A stretch of DNA of 57,261 nucleotides, the filler included, from Candidatus Woesearchaeota archaeon (lineage in GTDB: Archaea; Nanobdellota; Nanobdellia; Woesearchaeales; ARS49): NCBI GenBank assembly GCA_016188265.1. It is 4 parts of 4 records of this genome, joined end to end, with 100 filler letters (N's around TTAATTAATTAA, not from the genome) between each part and the next. Parts side by side here need not be neighbours in the genome. Positions count along the whole stretch, not along the records: positions 1 to 13,150 come from JACPID010000015.1; 3 more parts are not named here. One strand, given 5' to 3'. The notes below the pieces were generated by a model that saw only the letters and a list, made by a program, of their open reading frames with translations, was not told the DNA's origin and did not search any database. Positions within the stretch are counted from its first letter, which is position 1. Each line of letters begins with the position of its first letter. This document shows, piece after piece, positions 1 to 9,951 of this stretch. Made by a program: the position numbers and the translations under genes.

Positions 1-130
1 AATACTAATATTAATATTTCGCAAAGCATGGATGCTTTCACTTTTCAAATCATAAGTCTTCCAGACATTGTTCAAACAGATCAATAACAACCCCCTCTAA
101 GTTAGTTTTGAATAAAGTTTTATAAATGTA

Positions 131-960
131 ATGAAACAATTACAAGTAGAGGAGAAAAGAAAAGAGAGGTAATTGCTAAAATGATCAACTCAGGACAGAT
201 TCCAATCAGTAAAGCCTGCTATCACCTTGATATCAGCAGACAAGCACATTATAAATGGCAACAGAAAGACAAGAATATAGATATCTCACTTAAGTTTTTA
301 ATTTATGATATTGCACTGGAATTTCCAAAGTATGGTTATAGAAGAATAACTGCTGAATTATATCGCAGAGGTAAAGTAATAAATCATAAGAAAGTTTTGA
401 GAATCATGCACGAGGAGAACCTCTTGTGCAAACCCAAGAAAAAGCTTAGGATTACAACAACAGACTCAAACCATGATTATACTATTTACCCTAATCTAGC
501 TAAGAACATAGTCTTAACATGAATAAACCAATAATGGGTAGCTGACATAACATACATACACTTACTAAACGAGCATGTTTATCTTGCTGTACTAATTGAT
601 GTTTTTAGCAGAAAGTGTATTGGAGGGGAATTAAGCAGGCGAATTGATGCAAAACTTGTATTAAACGCTCTTGATATAGCATTTAAAATAGAACACATCT
701 TGAGATAACTGGTTTAATTCATCATTCAGATCAAGGAGTTCAATATGCTTGTAATGAATATGTAAACCTGCTTAAAGAAATAGGCATTAAAATAAGTATG
801 AGCAGAAAAGGCAATCCTTATGATAATGCCTTTGCTGAAAGCTTTATGAAAACACTCAAAAGTTAGGAGGTATACTTAAAAGAGTATAAAACATTTGATG
901 AAGCATACAACAATATCAAACAATTTATTGATATTGTTTACAACAAAAAAAGATTTCCTC
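131..960 (+). pseudogene. Decayed IS3-family (IS150/IS3-like) transposase: HTH_21 plus rve/DDE integrase core
   Basis: ORF 181-522 has YGYRRITAEL..NHKKVLRIM. Downstream frames read WVADITYI, LIHHSDQGVQY and SRKGNPYDNAFAESFMKTLK. In-frame stops at 520, 532 and 864 and a frameshift near 685-690. No terminal IRs recognised. Confidence 0.9.
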
Positions 961-1316
961 ATGCAATTGGTGATTACAGAAATAATATTAGAAAATCAAC
1001 TCAAGCATATGAAGAATTTAACAGTATAGCAAACTATCATCTATATGATCAAAACCATCGTTTCATCGCAATAGTTGACAGATATCTTTTTTCAAAAACA
1101 AAACTTAAGAAAATGCCTTCAATAAACAAGTTAACTGAAGAAGAACTTATTGCTGCATATAGCATAATGCTTACTGAGTTTGTTGTTATTGCAGGATATT
1201 CAAGTACAAAATTAAGCTTAACAGGATTGCAACCAAAAATTCTTGAAAAGATTAAAGAAAGCAGAATTGCCTCACAAACCGAGATAACTCCTGAACTTAT
1301 AAATGTTTGTGAATAA
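961..1316 (+). pseudogene. Unrelated ORF remnant fused in frame to the 3' end of the IS transposase
   Basis: The frame after YNKKR reads FPHAIGDYRNN... and stays open into ORF 1113-1316, in place of the usual IS3 LHSSxGY tail. Confidence 0.4.
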
Positions 1317-1345
1317 TTTTGATTGATCAAATTTTGATCAAAAAT

Positions 1346-2097
1346 TTAATCAATTATGTTTTTCAGAATTATTTTTCCATACCTGATTCCCATTTTTATC
1401 ATTTTGAATTTTGATTTTCCTGATTTTCTGTTTTTGTAGGTTGTTGGCACTTGTGCTAGTTTAAGCCCTTTTTTGCGTGCTTTTATTGTCATTTCTGGTG
1501 ATATTGTAAAATCATTGCTTTCTAGACTTTTATTGTCATTTCTGGTGATATTGTAAAATCATTGCTTTCTAGATTTAGTTTTTGAAAAGCATTTTTTCTA
1601 AATGCTCTGAACGCGTTAGTGACATCATCTACTGGCATGTTGAGAATTATTTTAGTTAGGTTTGCATAATTTTTGCTTAAAAATGCTTTTATTAAATCAA
1701 GATCTCCGCTGCTTCCGCCAGGCATGTATCTAGATGCAAAAACAACATCATAGCCTTCTTTTATTTTAGCAACAAGTTCAGGGTATGTTTTTAAGTTATC
1801 ACTTCTATCTGCCATTGACCAAATTATAATCTCTCCTCTTGCTTTGTTTGTTCCTTCCCGCAAAGTTATTCCCATTCCTTTTTCTCCATTGTTTCTGTGA
1901 ATAGCTTGTATTATTTTATTTTTTTTAACCCAACTATCTAGAATAATTTTTGTTTTATCAGCGCTGTGATCATTTACAACAATTATTTCTGCATTCCAAT
2001 TTTGTTCTTTTATTAAATCAACAAGTTCTTCTATAAGTAGTGGAAGATTTTCTTGTTCATTATATGCAGGAATTACAATGCTTATTTCTGGTTTCAT
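1346..2097 (-). pseudogene. GT2 glycosyltransferase (dolichol-phosphate mannose synthase-like), truncated by a 47-bp tandem duplication
   Basis: SIVIPAYNE, VNDHSAD and VVFASRY motifs. Removing one repeat copy restores a 234-aa ORF ending ...QVPTTYKNRKSGKSKF...KNIID* at 1346. Confidence 0.85.
1480..1573. repeat. Perfect 2 x 47-bp tandem duplication
   Basis: CTTTTATTGTCATTTCTGGTGATATTGTAAAATCATTGCTTTCTAGA occurs at 1480-1526 and again at 1527-1573. Confidence 0.95.
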
Positions 2098-2138
2098 TAA
2101 TTGCTAAAAAAAAAATTAGTATTAGTATTTAAAATTAT

Positions 2139-3047
2139 TTATAATCTTCGTCCAGAAGGAATTGTAGTTGGCTGTCTTAGGGCAGGTGTTGGCGGTTGTG
2201 TTACTGGTGCAGGTTGTGTTGGAGTAGGAGGTGCAGGTAGTGGAGTTGGCGGTTGTGTTACTGTTGATGAAGAACAGTATTGTGATAGTTGATCTTTGGC
2301 AGCTGTCTTTATTTTGGTAATAACATTGTCTGTTAAAGTTAAGCCTGGTGTTATTCCTATGTAAAAATCTCCTTTGAAGTTCCAGCCTTCGTTTGATGGT
2401 ATTTTAATGCTTAATTTTGTTCCAATAGGTGCGTTTAGTATTTCACCAGGATTGCAATATTTTGAAGCATCTAAACTAACTGTGTATGTAAAAATTCCGT
2501 AAGGTGTTAATAGCTCTTTTTCTACATCAGTACGTAATGCTATAACTCTGGTTACTATGAACTCAATTGTGCTTTCAGGAACATAAACTGGAATTGGTGG
2601 TGTTGGGGTTGGCGGTTCAGGCGCTGGTGTTGGTGGTGTAGGAATTGGTGTAGGTAGTGGTGGAGTTGGTTGAAGTGTGGGTGTTGGGCAATCACTTGGA
2701 CAATTCTGGTTATTTTCATTAAAATGAGGTTCACATACATTGTTTTTATCGCAGACACAATCTTTTTCACAAAAGTTAGGGCTGTTTTTATCATATGATT
2801 CAGGCGGAGAACAAGCATTATCTCCGCATTCTGTTCTACCAATAAATCTTGTTATTACAGGACCTTTTGGAACAATTTTTCCACAGTCTTGAGGACAGTT
2901 TGCTGTTGTTTCAAAAGGAAATTGGCATTTATTATCTCCGCATAAAGAAATTGCTTTTCCAGTATACTCCACAGGACTCCAAATTAAAACTGTTGTGAGT
3001 ATAAATAGTGCAATTGTAATTAAAGTTATTTTCACTGCTTTATTCAT
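2139..3047 (-). CDS. Secreted/surface protein with Cys-rich repeats (CGDNxC...NCPxDC) and Pro/Thr-rich linkers
   Basis: N-terminal hydrophobic helix, three Cys repeats and PTP-rich tracts. Confidence 0.8.
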   Translation of the reverse strand: MNKAVKITLITIALFILTTVLIWSPVEYTGKAISLCGDNKCQFPFETTANCPQDCGKIVPKGPVITRFIGRTECGDNACSPPESYDKNSPNFCEKDCVCDKNNVCEPHFNENNQNCPSDCPTPTLQPTPPLPTPIPTPPTPAPEPPTPTPPIPVYVPESTIEFIVTRVIALRTDVEKELLTPYGIFTYTVSLDASKYCNPGEILNAPIGTKLSIKIPSNEGWNFKGDFYIGITPGLTLTDNVITKIKTAAKDQLSQYCSSSTVTQPPTPLPAPPTPTQPAPVTQPPTPALRQPTTIPSGRRL

Positions 3048-3082
3048 TGTTCATCTTAAGTTTTTTTCTTTTTTATGTTTTA

Positions 3083-5077
3083 TTATAGGGTTTTTATTAA
3101 AAATATTTCTCCAAAAGCATCTTTTGATGCTACAAATTTTTTGCCAGTTAAATCTATTCCATTATAATCCACTAATGCTTTTATTCCAACTAAAGTATCT
3201 TCTTTGGTATTTCCTGCAATAAGAACAATAATATTGTCTTGTGCAGAATAAACCTCAATTCTTGCTTGTCCAGGAGGAAAACCTTTAACGCAGGGAACTG
3301 GATTTGAAAGCAGTTGTGATGTTTGAGTATTAACGCACGGCCCTCCGATTAAAACATAATTTGTTCCAGGAACTACAATATTCACTTCAGTGTCAAATGC
3401 AAAACTTGATTGAACACTTGCTGTTGGTTCTTGTTTTACTTGCAGCAGCACTTCATTTGTTTGAGGATCTTTAACAAAACTTAAAGGACTTTTTTTAAGT
3501 TCTTGAGCTGCAAACAAATCTGAAGGATTTGCTCTTTTGCCAACCACTATTTTATAAGATAAAGGTATTTGTTCAGGAGCAACTGGTGCTTTTGCAGCGC
3601 TTAAAATAACAGAAACAACCTCGTCTCTTGTTATTTTTATATTTACTAAATTTGTTTCAAAGCCAGTTTTGCTTAAAGAAGCAGTATAATTGCCAGCTTC
3701 TTCAATAAAAATTATTTTTCCCTGATCATCTGTGAGTTTTGTTTTTCCAGCTAATATCACACTTGCATTTGAAATGCTTTTATTATTCTCATCTAATGCT
3801 TGAATTGTTACACTATATTTTTCAGAAGGAGGCGCAACAATGCCTGCAACATCAATACATAGATGAGCTAGACTTTCTAATTCTTTTACAATTATTTTAT
3901 CAACAATTGCCTGAATATTATTTCTAAAAAGCTGTATTCTTTTTCTTGTCAATGTAGCAGATTCTCCATTAAAAGTTACTTTGACTTGACCGCGCACATC
4001 GTCTATATTTTTTACGTCCAAGGTGTATTCTTTTTGCTCAACTTTTTCTGTGATAGTTTGGCCATCTTTAAAATTTCCTTTGATCTCAGATCGAGCGCAA
4101 AAATCTAAATCTGCTTGCGTTGGTTTGCAGTCATCTTCGCAATTAATTTCTGTTTCTCCTAATTTTTCTTCACAAACATTATTTTTATTGCAAAAAAATC
4201 CAGCGCCTTCTGACATACAAAGCGCAGTAAGCGCTTTTCCTTGATATAGCCCTGCATCATATACAAAAACTTTAGTTCCATCACGAGCAATGGCTGTTTC
4301 ATGAGGTTTTTTAATAAATTCCTCAGAACCAATAGTAAATCTTACTTTACGTTCTTTTGGAATAATTTCTTGAACAACAACATCAAGTTTACCAATGGTT
4401 TTTTTACTGCCTTGTTCTAAAGCACGAACTGATCTATCACTAACAGTCATACTATTACAAGTGTTTTCAGGAGTTTCACAATCTTTTGCACAATTAGTTA
4501 TATCTTCTCCATCAAAGTACTCACAAAGTCCATTTTGAAAACAAGCGCCATACGGCCTTGGACAATCAGCAGAACAAAAAGCAAGCTCATTAAAATGTTC
4601 ACCTTGCTCACAACGGTTGTTTCCACAAAAAGGAGCTATATTTGCACAGTACAAAACTGCATTTTTTTCTCTTTCATAAGGTATTGGGCCTAGTTCAAGA
4701 ACAAGCAATTCTTTATTATCTTGAAATTTAATAGTTTGCAAGCTTTGCATTATTGTTTTTTGTTCAGTATTCCAAGAAAAAACAGCAGCATCAGTATTTA
4801 AGTCATAACTAACTAAATTTAATTTATGAGCATCAAACTCGTGAGTTTCACCAACAAGCAATACATCGAGAATATCTGCGCTTTCACAAAAAGATTTCTC
4901 ACTTTGGCTTAATGCATCCAAACATTCATATTTTGTTTCACCAAGATCTTTAACACCATCACAATCACAACTTGCAGACTGAAAGCACTCAAATTGAGTA
5001 GAATATGATAATGGCATAATAACTAGAAATAATGCTATGATTACACCTTTTTTTAACATTATACTATCATAGTTCAT
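3083..5077 (-). CDS. S-layer-like surface protein with Cys-rich repeats, a PEGA/carboxypeptidase-regulatory-like domain and a C-terminal S-layer motif
   Basis: Signal peptide; three CxxNxxCE..E...C..DC repeats; I.NASV...TD.QG...G.Y...SK.GF; VLIGGPCVN...IIVLIAG. Confidence 0.75.
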   Translation of the reverse strand: MNYDSIMLKKGVIIALFLVIMPLSYSTQFECFQSASCDCDGVKDLGETKYECLDALSQSEKSFCESADILDVLLVGETHEFDAHKLNLVSYDLNTDAAVFSWNTEQKTIMQSLQTIKFQDNKELLVLELGPIPYEREKNAVLYCANIAPFCGNNRCEQGEHFNELAFCSADCPRPYGACFQNGLCEYFDGEDITNCAKDCETPENTCNSMTVSDRSVRALEQGSKKTIGKLDVVVQEIIPKERKVRFTIGSEEFIKKPHETAIARDGTKVFVYDAGLYQGKALTALCMSEGAGFFCNKNNVCEEKLGETEINCEDDCKPTQADLDFCARSEIKGNFKDGQTITEKVEQKEYTLDVKNIDDVRGQVKVTFNGESATLTRKRIQLFRNNIQAIVDKIIVKELESLAHLCIDVAGIVAPPSEKYSVTIQALDENNKSISNASVILAGKTKLTDDQGKIIFIEEAGNYTASLSKTGFETNLVNIKITRDEVVSVILSAAKAPVAPEQIPLSYKIVVGKRANPSDLFAAQELKKSPLSFVKDPQTNEVLLQVKQEPTASVQSSFAFDTEVNIVVPGTNYVLIGGPCVNTQTSQLLSNPVPCVKGFPPGQARIEVYSAQDNIIVLIAGNTKEDTLVGIKALVDYNGIDLTGKKFVASKDAFGEIFLIKTL

Positions 5078-5138
5078 TCAAATTTAAAAATGTTTCCAAG
5101 CAGCAGTATAGTCAGTTAACAAGACTTAGCTACAAACA

Positions 5139-5146
5139 TTTATAAA
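5139..5146 (+). promoter_or_regulatory. Archaeal TATA box, probable leaderless aIF2-gamma transcript
   Basis: TTTATAAA about 25 nt before the ATG at 5170. The same spacing occurs before several other genes. Confidence 0.55.
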
Positions 5147-5169
5147 CAAAATATTTATTCTTTAATTTT

Positions 5170-6453
5170 ATGCCTCCACGTAAAAAGACTGTTAGCAAAG
5201 CATCTTTAAAAAAAGCTATTTCTAAAACCAGTCTCTTGCCTGAATTAAATCTTGGAATGGTTGGACATGTTGATCATGGCAAAACTACTCTTGTAAACAC
5301 TTTATCTGGCAAATGGACTGATACTCATTCTGAAGAAATAAAGCGTGGTATTACTATTCGTTTAGGTTATGCTGATGTTACTATTAATAAATGCCCTCAC
5401 TGCGCTGAGCCTGAAGATTATACTCTTACAAACGAGTGCCAAAAATGCAAGAAAAAAACTGTTCCAGTAAGAAAAATTTCACTTGTTGATGCTCCAGGGC
5501 ATGAGAGTTTAATGGCAACAATGCTATGCGGTGCAAACATAATGGATGGAGCATTATTGCTTATCTCTGCTAATGAAAAATGTCCGCAACCACAAACTCT
5601 TGAACACCTTATGGCTCTTGAAATAACAGGAATAAAAAATATTATTGTTGTTCAGAACAAAATTGATTTAGTAAATGAAGATGATGCTTTGAAAAATTAT
5701 GAGGATATTAAAAATTTATTAAAAAATACTCCTTTTAAAGACGCTCCAATTATTCCAATATCTGCACTTCATAAAATTAACATTGATTTCTTATTGCAAA
5801 CAATTCAGAATACTTTGAAAACTCCTGAAAGAGATATTTCAAAACCTCCTTTAATGTTTGTAGCTAGAAGCTTTGATATTAACAGACCAGGAACAACTCC
5901 CGATAAGCTTGTTGGCGGTGTTGTTGGCGGTGTTTTAAAACAAGGGATATTAAAAGTTGGTGATGAGATTGAAATACTTCCAGGTTATGAAGTTGAAGAA
6001 AGAAATCAAAAGGCTTGGAAACCGCTTTATACTAAAATAATTAATTTAGTAACAGGTGGAGAAAATGTTCAGGAAGCAAGTCCAGGGGGAAGTTTTGCAA
6101 TTATGACAAGTCTTGATCCTTCGATTGTTAAATCAGACAAGCTTGTTGGAAGTGTTATTGGATATGTAGATAAACTTCCAGTTGTTAATCATTCTCTTAA
6201 ACTTAAAATTAATTTATTAGAACGTGTTGTTGGCGCCAAAGATAAACTTGTTGTAGATCCTCTTAAGCCAAAAGAAGTATTAATGATGAATGTTTACAGC
6301 GCTGCAACAGTTGGAATTGTTCAAGAATTCAATAAAGGAATTTTAACATGCACACTAAAAAGGCCCGTTGTTGCTGGCAAAGGAGCTCGTGTAACAATTG
6401 CTCGAATGATGGGCCAACGTTGGAGATTAATTGGTTATGGTGAATTAGTTTAA
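5170..6453 (+). CDS. eif2g: Translation initiation factor aIF2 gamma subunit
   Basis: GHVDHGKT, RGITIRLGYA, zinc knuckle, DAPGHE, NKID and WRLIGYG. Confidence 0.97.
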   Translation: MPPRKKTVSKASLKKAISKTSLLPELNLGMVGHVDHGKTTLVNTLSGKWTDTHSEEIKRGITIRLGYADVTINKCPHCAEPEDYTLTNECQKCKKKTVPVRKISLVDAPGHESLMATMLCGANIMDGALLLISANEKCPQPQTLEHLMALEITGIKNIIVVQNKIDLVNEDDALKNYEDIKNLLKNTPFKDAPIIPISALHKINIDFLLQTIQNTLKTPERDISKPPLMFVARSFDINRPGTTPDKLVGGVVGGVLKQGILKVGDEIEILPGYEVEERNQKAWKPLYTKIINLVTGGENVQEASPGGSFAIMTSLDPSIVKSDKLVGSVIGYVDKLPVVNHSLKLKINLLERVVGAKDKLVVDPLKPKEVLMMNVYSAATVGIVQEFNKGILTCTLKRPVVAGKGARVTIARMMGQRWRLIGYGELV

Positions 6454-7056
6454 CAATATTTTTTCTAATATTTCATCTTTTTTTTTACCGCGATAAGTTC
6501 TTCCAAATCTGACGAGTACTGGATTAATTTCTCTCCAATATTTTTTTGGAAATAGTTTTTTCAGGTCTGCTTCAATTAATTCTGGTTTAGTATTTTTAGT
6601 CCAGCCAAGTTTTCTTGATAACTGAAATACATGCGTATCTACTCCAATTTCATCTTTACCCATTTCTGAAAGAAAAACATTAACTGTTTTTCTGCCAACT
6701 CCTGGCAATTCTATGAGTTTATCAAAATCTAACGGCGGCTTGCCTGAATATTTTTTTGTCAATAATCTTGCACATGCAATAACATTTTTTGCTTTAGTCT
6801 TGTAAAAATTCACTGGTTTAATTATTTTTTTCACACTAGCCAAATTTGCATTAGCTAAAGCCTTTGCTGTTGGGTATTTTTTAAATAAAGTATTACAAAC
6901 CTTTATTGTAACTTCATCCCTTGTTCTGGCAGAAAGCATTGTTGAAATAAGATTCTTCCAAGGAACGTCCCAGTCTTCAGCTGCTAAACGCAAATTAGAT
7001 GCAAATTTTTTAAGTTCATGCAATGTTTTCAAAGCTTTGCTCTTTTTTGTCATCAA
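6445..7056 (-). CDS. nth: Endonuclease III (HhH-GPD glycosylase) lacking the C-terminal Fe-S motif
   Basis: LSARTRD, HhH motif LPGVGRKT and VDTHV. Confidence 0.9.
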   Translation of the reverse strand: MMTKKSKALKTLHELKKFASNLRLAAEDWDVPWKNLISTMLSARTRDEVTIKVCNTLFKKYPTAKALANANLASVKKIIKPVNFYKTKAKNVIACARLLTKKYSGKPPLDFDKLIELPGVGRKTVNVFLSEMGKDEIGVDTHVFQLSRKLGWTKNTKPELIEADLKKLFPKKYWREINPVLVRFGRTYRGKKKDEILEKILLN

Positions 7057-7113
7057 TGTAAAAATATGAATCGTAACTTTTATATATTTTGCTCCAGAAA
7101 AAAATAGTTCATA

Positions 7114-7539
7114 ATGAAAAATAGTGAAATAGTAAAAAAATTACTGAAAGAAGGATTAACTAAAAATAGTGTTAATAAATTGCAAGATTTTGTAAATCAC
7201 AATTGTCAATACTTATATAATGATCCTGAAATATTGCGTTTTCAACATTACAATCCAGATAATAATAATCCTTTAGTAACTATTGAATGCATGTGTGGCA
7301 GAACAGAAGATCTTCAGTATGATGTATCAACATATTCTACTAATGCTTTTGCTGTTGTAGATGAAATGTGCATAAACTGCAATGCATGTCTTGCATTTCC
7401 AGAATACTTCAAACATATTCCTAACAGAACAGTAGAGTATGAAGGCATAGAAAATCCTGGCAAGAAAAAAAGGTATTTATTAGAAGATATAATAGGTGTT
7501 TCTCCTCTACCTTGTATAATTTTTACACCAAAAAAGTAA
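7114..7539 (+). CDS. Hypothetical protein with Cys clusters (CMC, CxxCxxC)
   Basis: 141-aa ORF with upstream TATA-like sequence; no family recognised. Confidence 0.55.
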   Translation: MKNSEIVKKLLKEGLTKNSVNKLQDFVNHNCQYLYNDPEILRFQHYNPDNNNPLVTIECMCGRTEDLQYDVSTYSTNAFAVVDEMCINCNACLAFPEYFKHIPNRTVEYEGIENPGKKKRYLLEDIIGVSPLPCIIFTPKK

Positions 7540-7559
7540 AATTCAATCACAATCTTGAT

Positions 7560-7781
7560 TTAATATTCTTTAAATTGATCTAATTTTTCTAATTTGTAAT
7601 TGTGTCGCGCTACTACGCCGCCCAATGTAGTAAGTAAGAGTATACTAATTTGTTCAAATAAGGGGCTATGATCAGTTAATTTAAGAATAAGCCAATACAC
7701 TGAAATAATTCCAAGAATCCAAATAATCAAAGTCAAAAATTTCTCTATGACACTTTCTTCAGTTTTTTGATGATTTATCAT
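7560..7781 (-). CDS. Small membrane protein
   Basis: 73 aa with two hydrophobic segments. Confidence 0.5.
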   Translation of the reverse strand: MINHQKTEESVIEKFLTLIIWILGIISVYWLILKLTDHSPLFEQISILLLTTLGGVVARHNYKLEKLDQFKEY

Positions 7782-7969
7782 ATTGAGATTTTAATAAGGT
7801 AGAGTATCAAAAGTATCCAGATAATTAACACTAATAAATTTGTCCAATCAACAAAGTTTTTTTTTACAAATTTGTTAAAGCTATCATAAACTTCTAACAT
7901 GCATTAATTAAATATGCTGCCATTTATAAACTTTTGTTCAGAATTTCCGAAAATTTTCCGACGATAAAA

Positions 7970-8773
7970 TCAGTTTTGCAGCCTTTCCCAATGATACAAG
8001 TATTGTTGTGTATATCCTGCATATGGCGCAAATTTTTTTTGGCCAAATTGCTGAATTAGTTTTGTGCTAGCTTTATGCCCTAAATAATGTTTTTCAATAA
8101 CTCTTTTGATCCAAATATCCACTGGAAATGCTTCTTGTTTACCATAAGCAAAAAGCAATACGCAATCAGCAATTTTTTCTCCAACACCTTTTAATTGCAT
8201 AAGCTCTTTTTTTGCATCTTCATAAGAAAGTTTGCCAAGTTTATTAAGAAAACTATTATTGACTATTTGGTTTGCATTAAAAATATATTCTGCTCTGAAT
8301 CCTGTTGCGCATGCTCTTATTGTTTTCAAATCATTTATTTTGCCCTGTTTTGGAAAATAATAAAATCCTTTTTCTTGGGTTTCTTTTCCAAATTTTTGTG
8401 ACAAGAGATCTATATTTTTTTTAATTTTAGGAATGTTCGAAGCGCTTGAACATATAAATGCAATAAGGCATTCCCAAGGATCTTGCTTCATTAATCGTAA
8501 ACCTGTGTATTTATTTACAGCTTTGCTAATTAGTTTGTCTTTTATAAGGTGGTTTTTAATGCTGTTAAAATCTTCATTTAGTGAAAAAAGTTCTTTGACA
8601 AAATCAACATTAGTGTCAAATAACAATTGTTGATCTTTTTGTTTTATAAAAAAAGATTGAGCTTTTGTTATTATTCTATACCCATCATTGTCTTTAGTGT
8701 ATCTGAAAAACTGTCCAGATTCCAAAGTATGCTGCAAGCTGAAATCATTTAATATGATTGAGTTCATAATCAA
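7970..8773 (-). CDS. ogg: 8-oxoguanine DNA glycosylase (OGG1-type)
   Basis: TLESGQFFR, QDPWECLIAFICS, GVGEKIADC, FPVD.W and YAGY.QQYL. Confidence 0.92.
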   Translation of the reverse strand: MIMNSIILNDFSLQHTLESGQFFRYTKDNDGYRIITKAQSFFIKQKDQQLLFDTNVDFVKELFSLNEDFNSIKNHLIKDKLISKAVNKYTGLRLMKQDPWECLIAFICSSASNIPKIKKNIDLLSQKFGKETQEKGFYYFPKQGKINDLKTIRACATGFRAEYIFNANQIVNNSFLNKLGKLSYEDAKKELMQLKGVGEKIADCVLLFAYGKQEAFPVDIWIKRVIEKHYLGHKASTKLIQQFGQKKFAPYAGYTQQYLYHWERLQN

Positions 8774-8841
8774 TTGAAAACATTAAAGTATTATAAATTT
8801 GTATGACAAAATTTAATAACTAATTAAGTCAATATACTATT

Positions 8842-9951
8842 ATGACCAATCGTATTGATTGTGATTATGAGCGTTTTAAACAAATTGTGCGTGGAAGAAT
8901 AAAAAATAATTTTAAGAGATATATTATAAATACAAGTATTTACAAAGTTAATGGAGAAAAAATAAGCATACCTGTTGATGTAGTAGAAATTCCTCATTTT
9001 ACTTATGGTAAAAATAAAGAAAGTGTGGGCCAAGGCGAAGGTGATATAGGCGAGATAATTTCAAGAAATACGCCTGAAGAAAGCGCTAAATATGATGCAG
9101 AGTTTAGTGTTGAAGAAATTGCTAAAATTCTGGCAGAAGAATTAGATCTTCCTAATTTAGAAGAAAAAATAGGTGATTTATTGGAGGTTGATAACAAAAA
9201 TTATACATCAATCTCAAAAAGCGGGCCAAGTTCACTAAGATATTTTAAAAAAACATTTAAAGAAGCGCTTAAAAGAGCGATGCTTAGCAGAGAGTATGAT
9301 CCAAAAAAACCTTTTGTTTCTCCAATAAAAGCTGATGAGCGTTTCAGGTCAGCTGAATTAAAACCAAAAATTTTATCCAATGCTTTAATTATATACTTAA
9401 AAGATGCATCTGGTTCTATGCATGATGTAATTAATAGCGCAAAAAATACTGCTTTTTGGACTAATATATGGTTAAGCACAGTGCACAAAAAAATAAGCCA
9501 AGTATATATTGATTATACAGGCGTTGCGCATGAAGCAACAAAAGAACAATTTTTCAAAATTGAACATCATGGTTATACAAATATGATGAGTGGTTTGGAA
9601 GAGTGTGTAAAGATTATTGAGCAGAAATACTCCCCTGATTTATGGAATATTTATGTTATGCACTTTCAAGACGGCGACTTTACTAATTGCGGACAAAGGA
9701 ATGATGCTCAAATTCTAGAATATTTATTAAAGAATTTTTTGCCAAAAATTAATGCTTATTTTGTAGAAGAATTTAGAAATTCATTTGTGTATTCTCCTTA
9801 TTACTCAGATATTCTCCGCGAAATAATGGAGCTTGCTCAAGGGAAAAAAATACATTTAGCTGTTGTCCAAAAAGATCCTGAACATGTTATTAATGCATTA
9901 AAAACATTTTTTGGCAACAAAGAAAGATACACTAAATACTTAAAAGCTTAG
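8842..9951 (+). CDS. DUF444 YeaH/YhbH-family protein (vWA-like)
   Basis: GQGEG, A.ILAEELDLPNL, DASGSM and WNIY..HFQDGD. Confidence 0.85.
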   Translation: MTNRIDCDYERFKQIVRGRIKNNFKRYIINTSIYKVNGEKISIPVDVVEIPHFTYGKNKESVGQGEGDIGEIISRNTPEESAKYDAEFSVEEIAKILAEELDLPNLEEKIGDLLEVDNKNYTSISKSGPSSLRYFKKTFKEALKRAMLSREYDPKKPFVSPIKADERFRSAELKPKILSNALIIYLKDASGSMHDVINSAKNTAFWTNIWLSTVHKKISQVYIDYTGVAHEATKEQFFKIEHHGYTNMMSGLEECVKIIEQKYSPDLWNIYVMHFQDGDFTNCGQRNDAQILEYLLKNFLPKINAYFVEEFRNSFVYSPYYSDILREIMELAQGKKIHLAVVQKDPEHVINALKTFFGNKERYTKYLKA

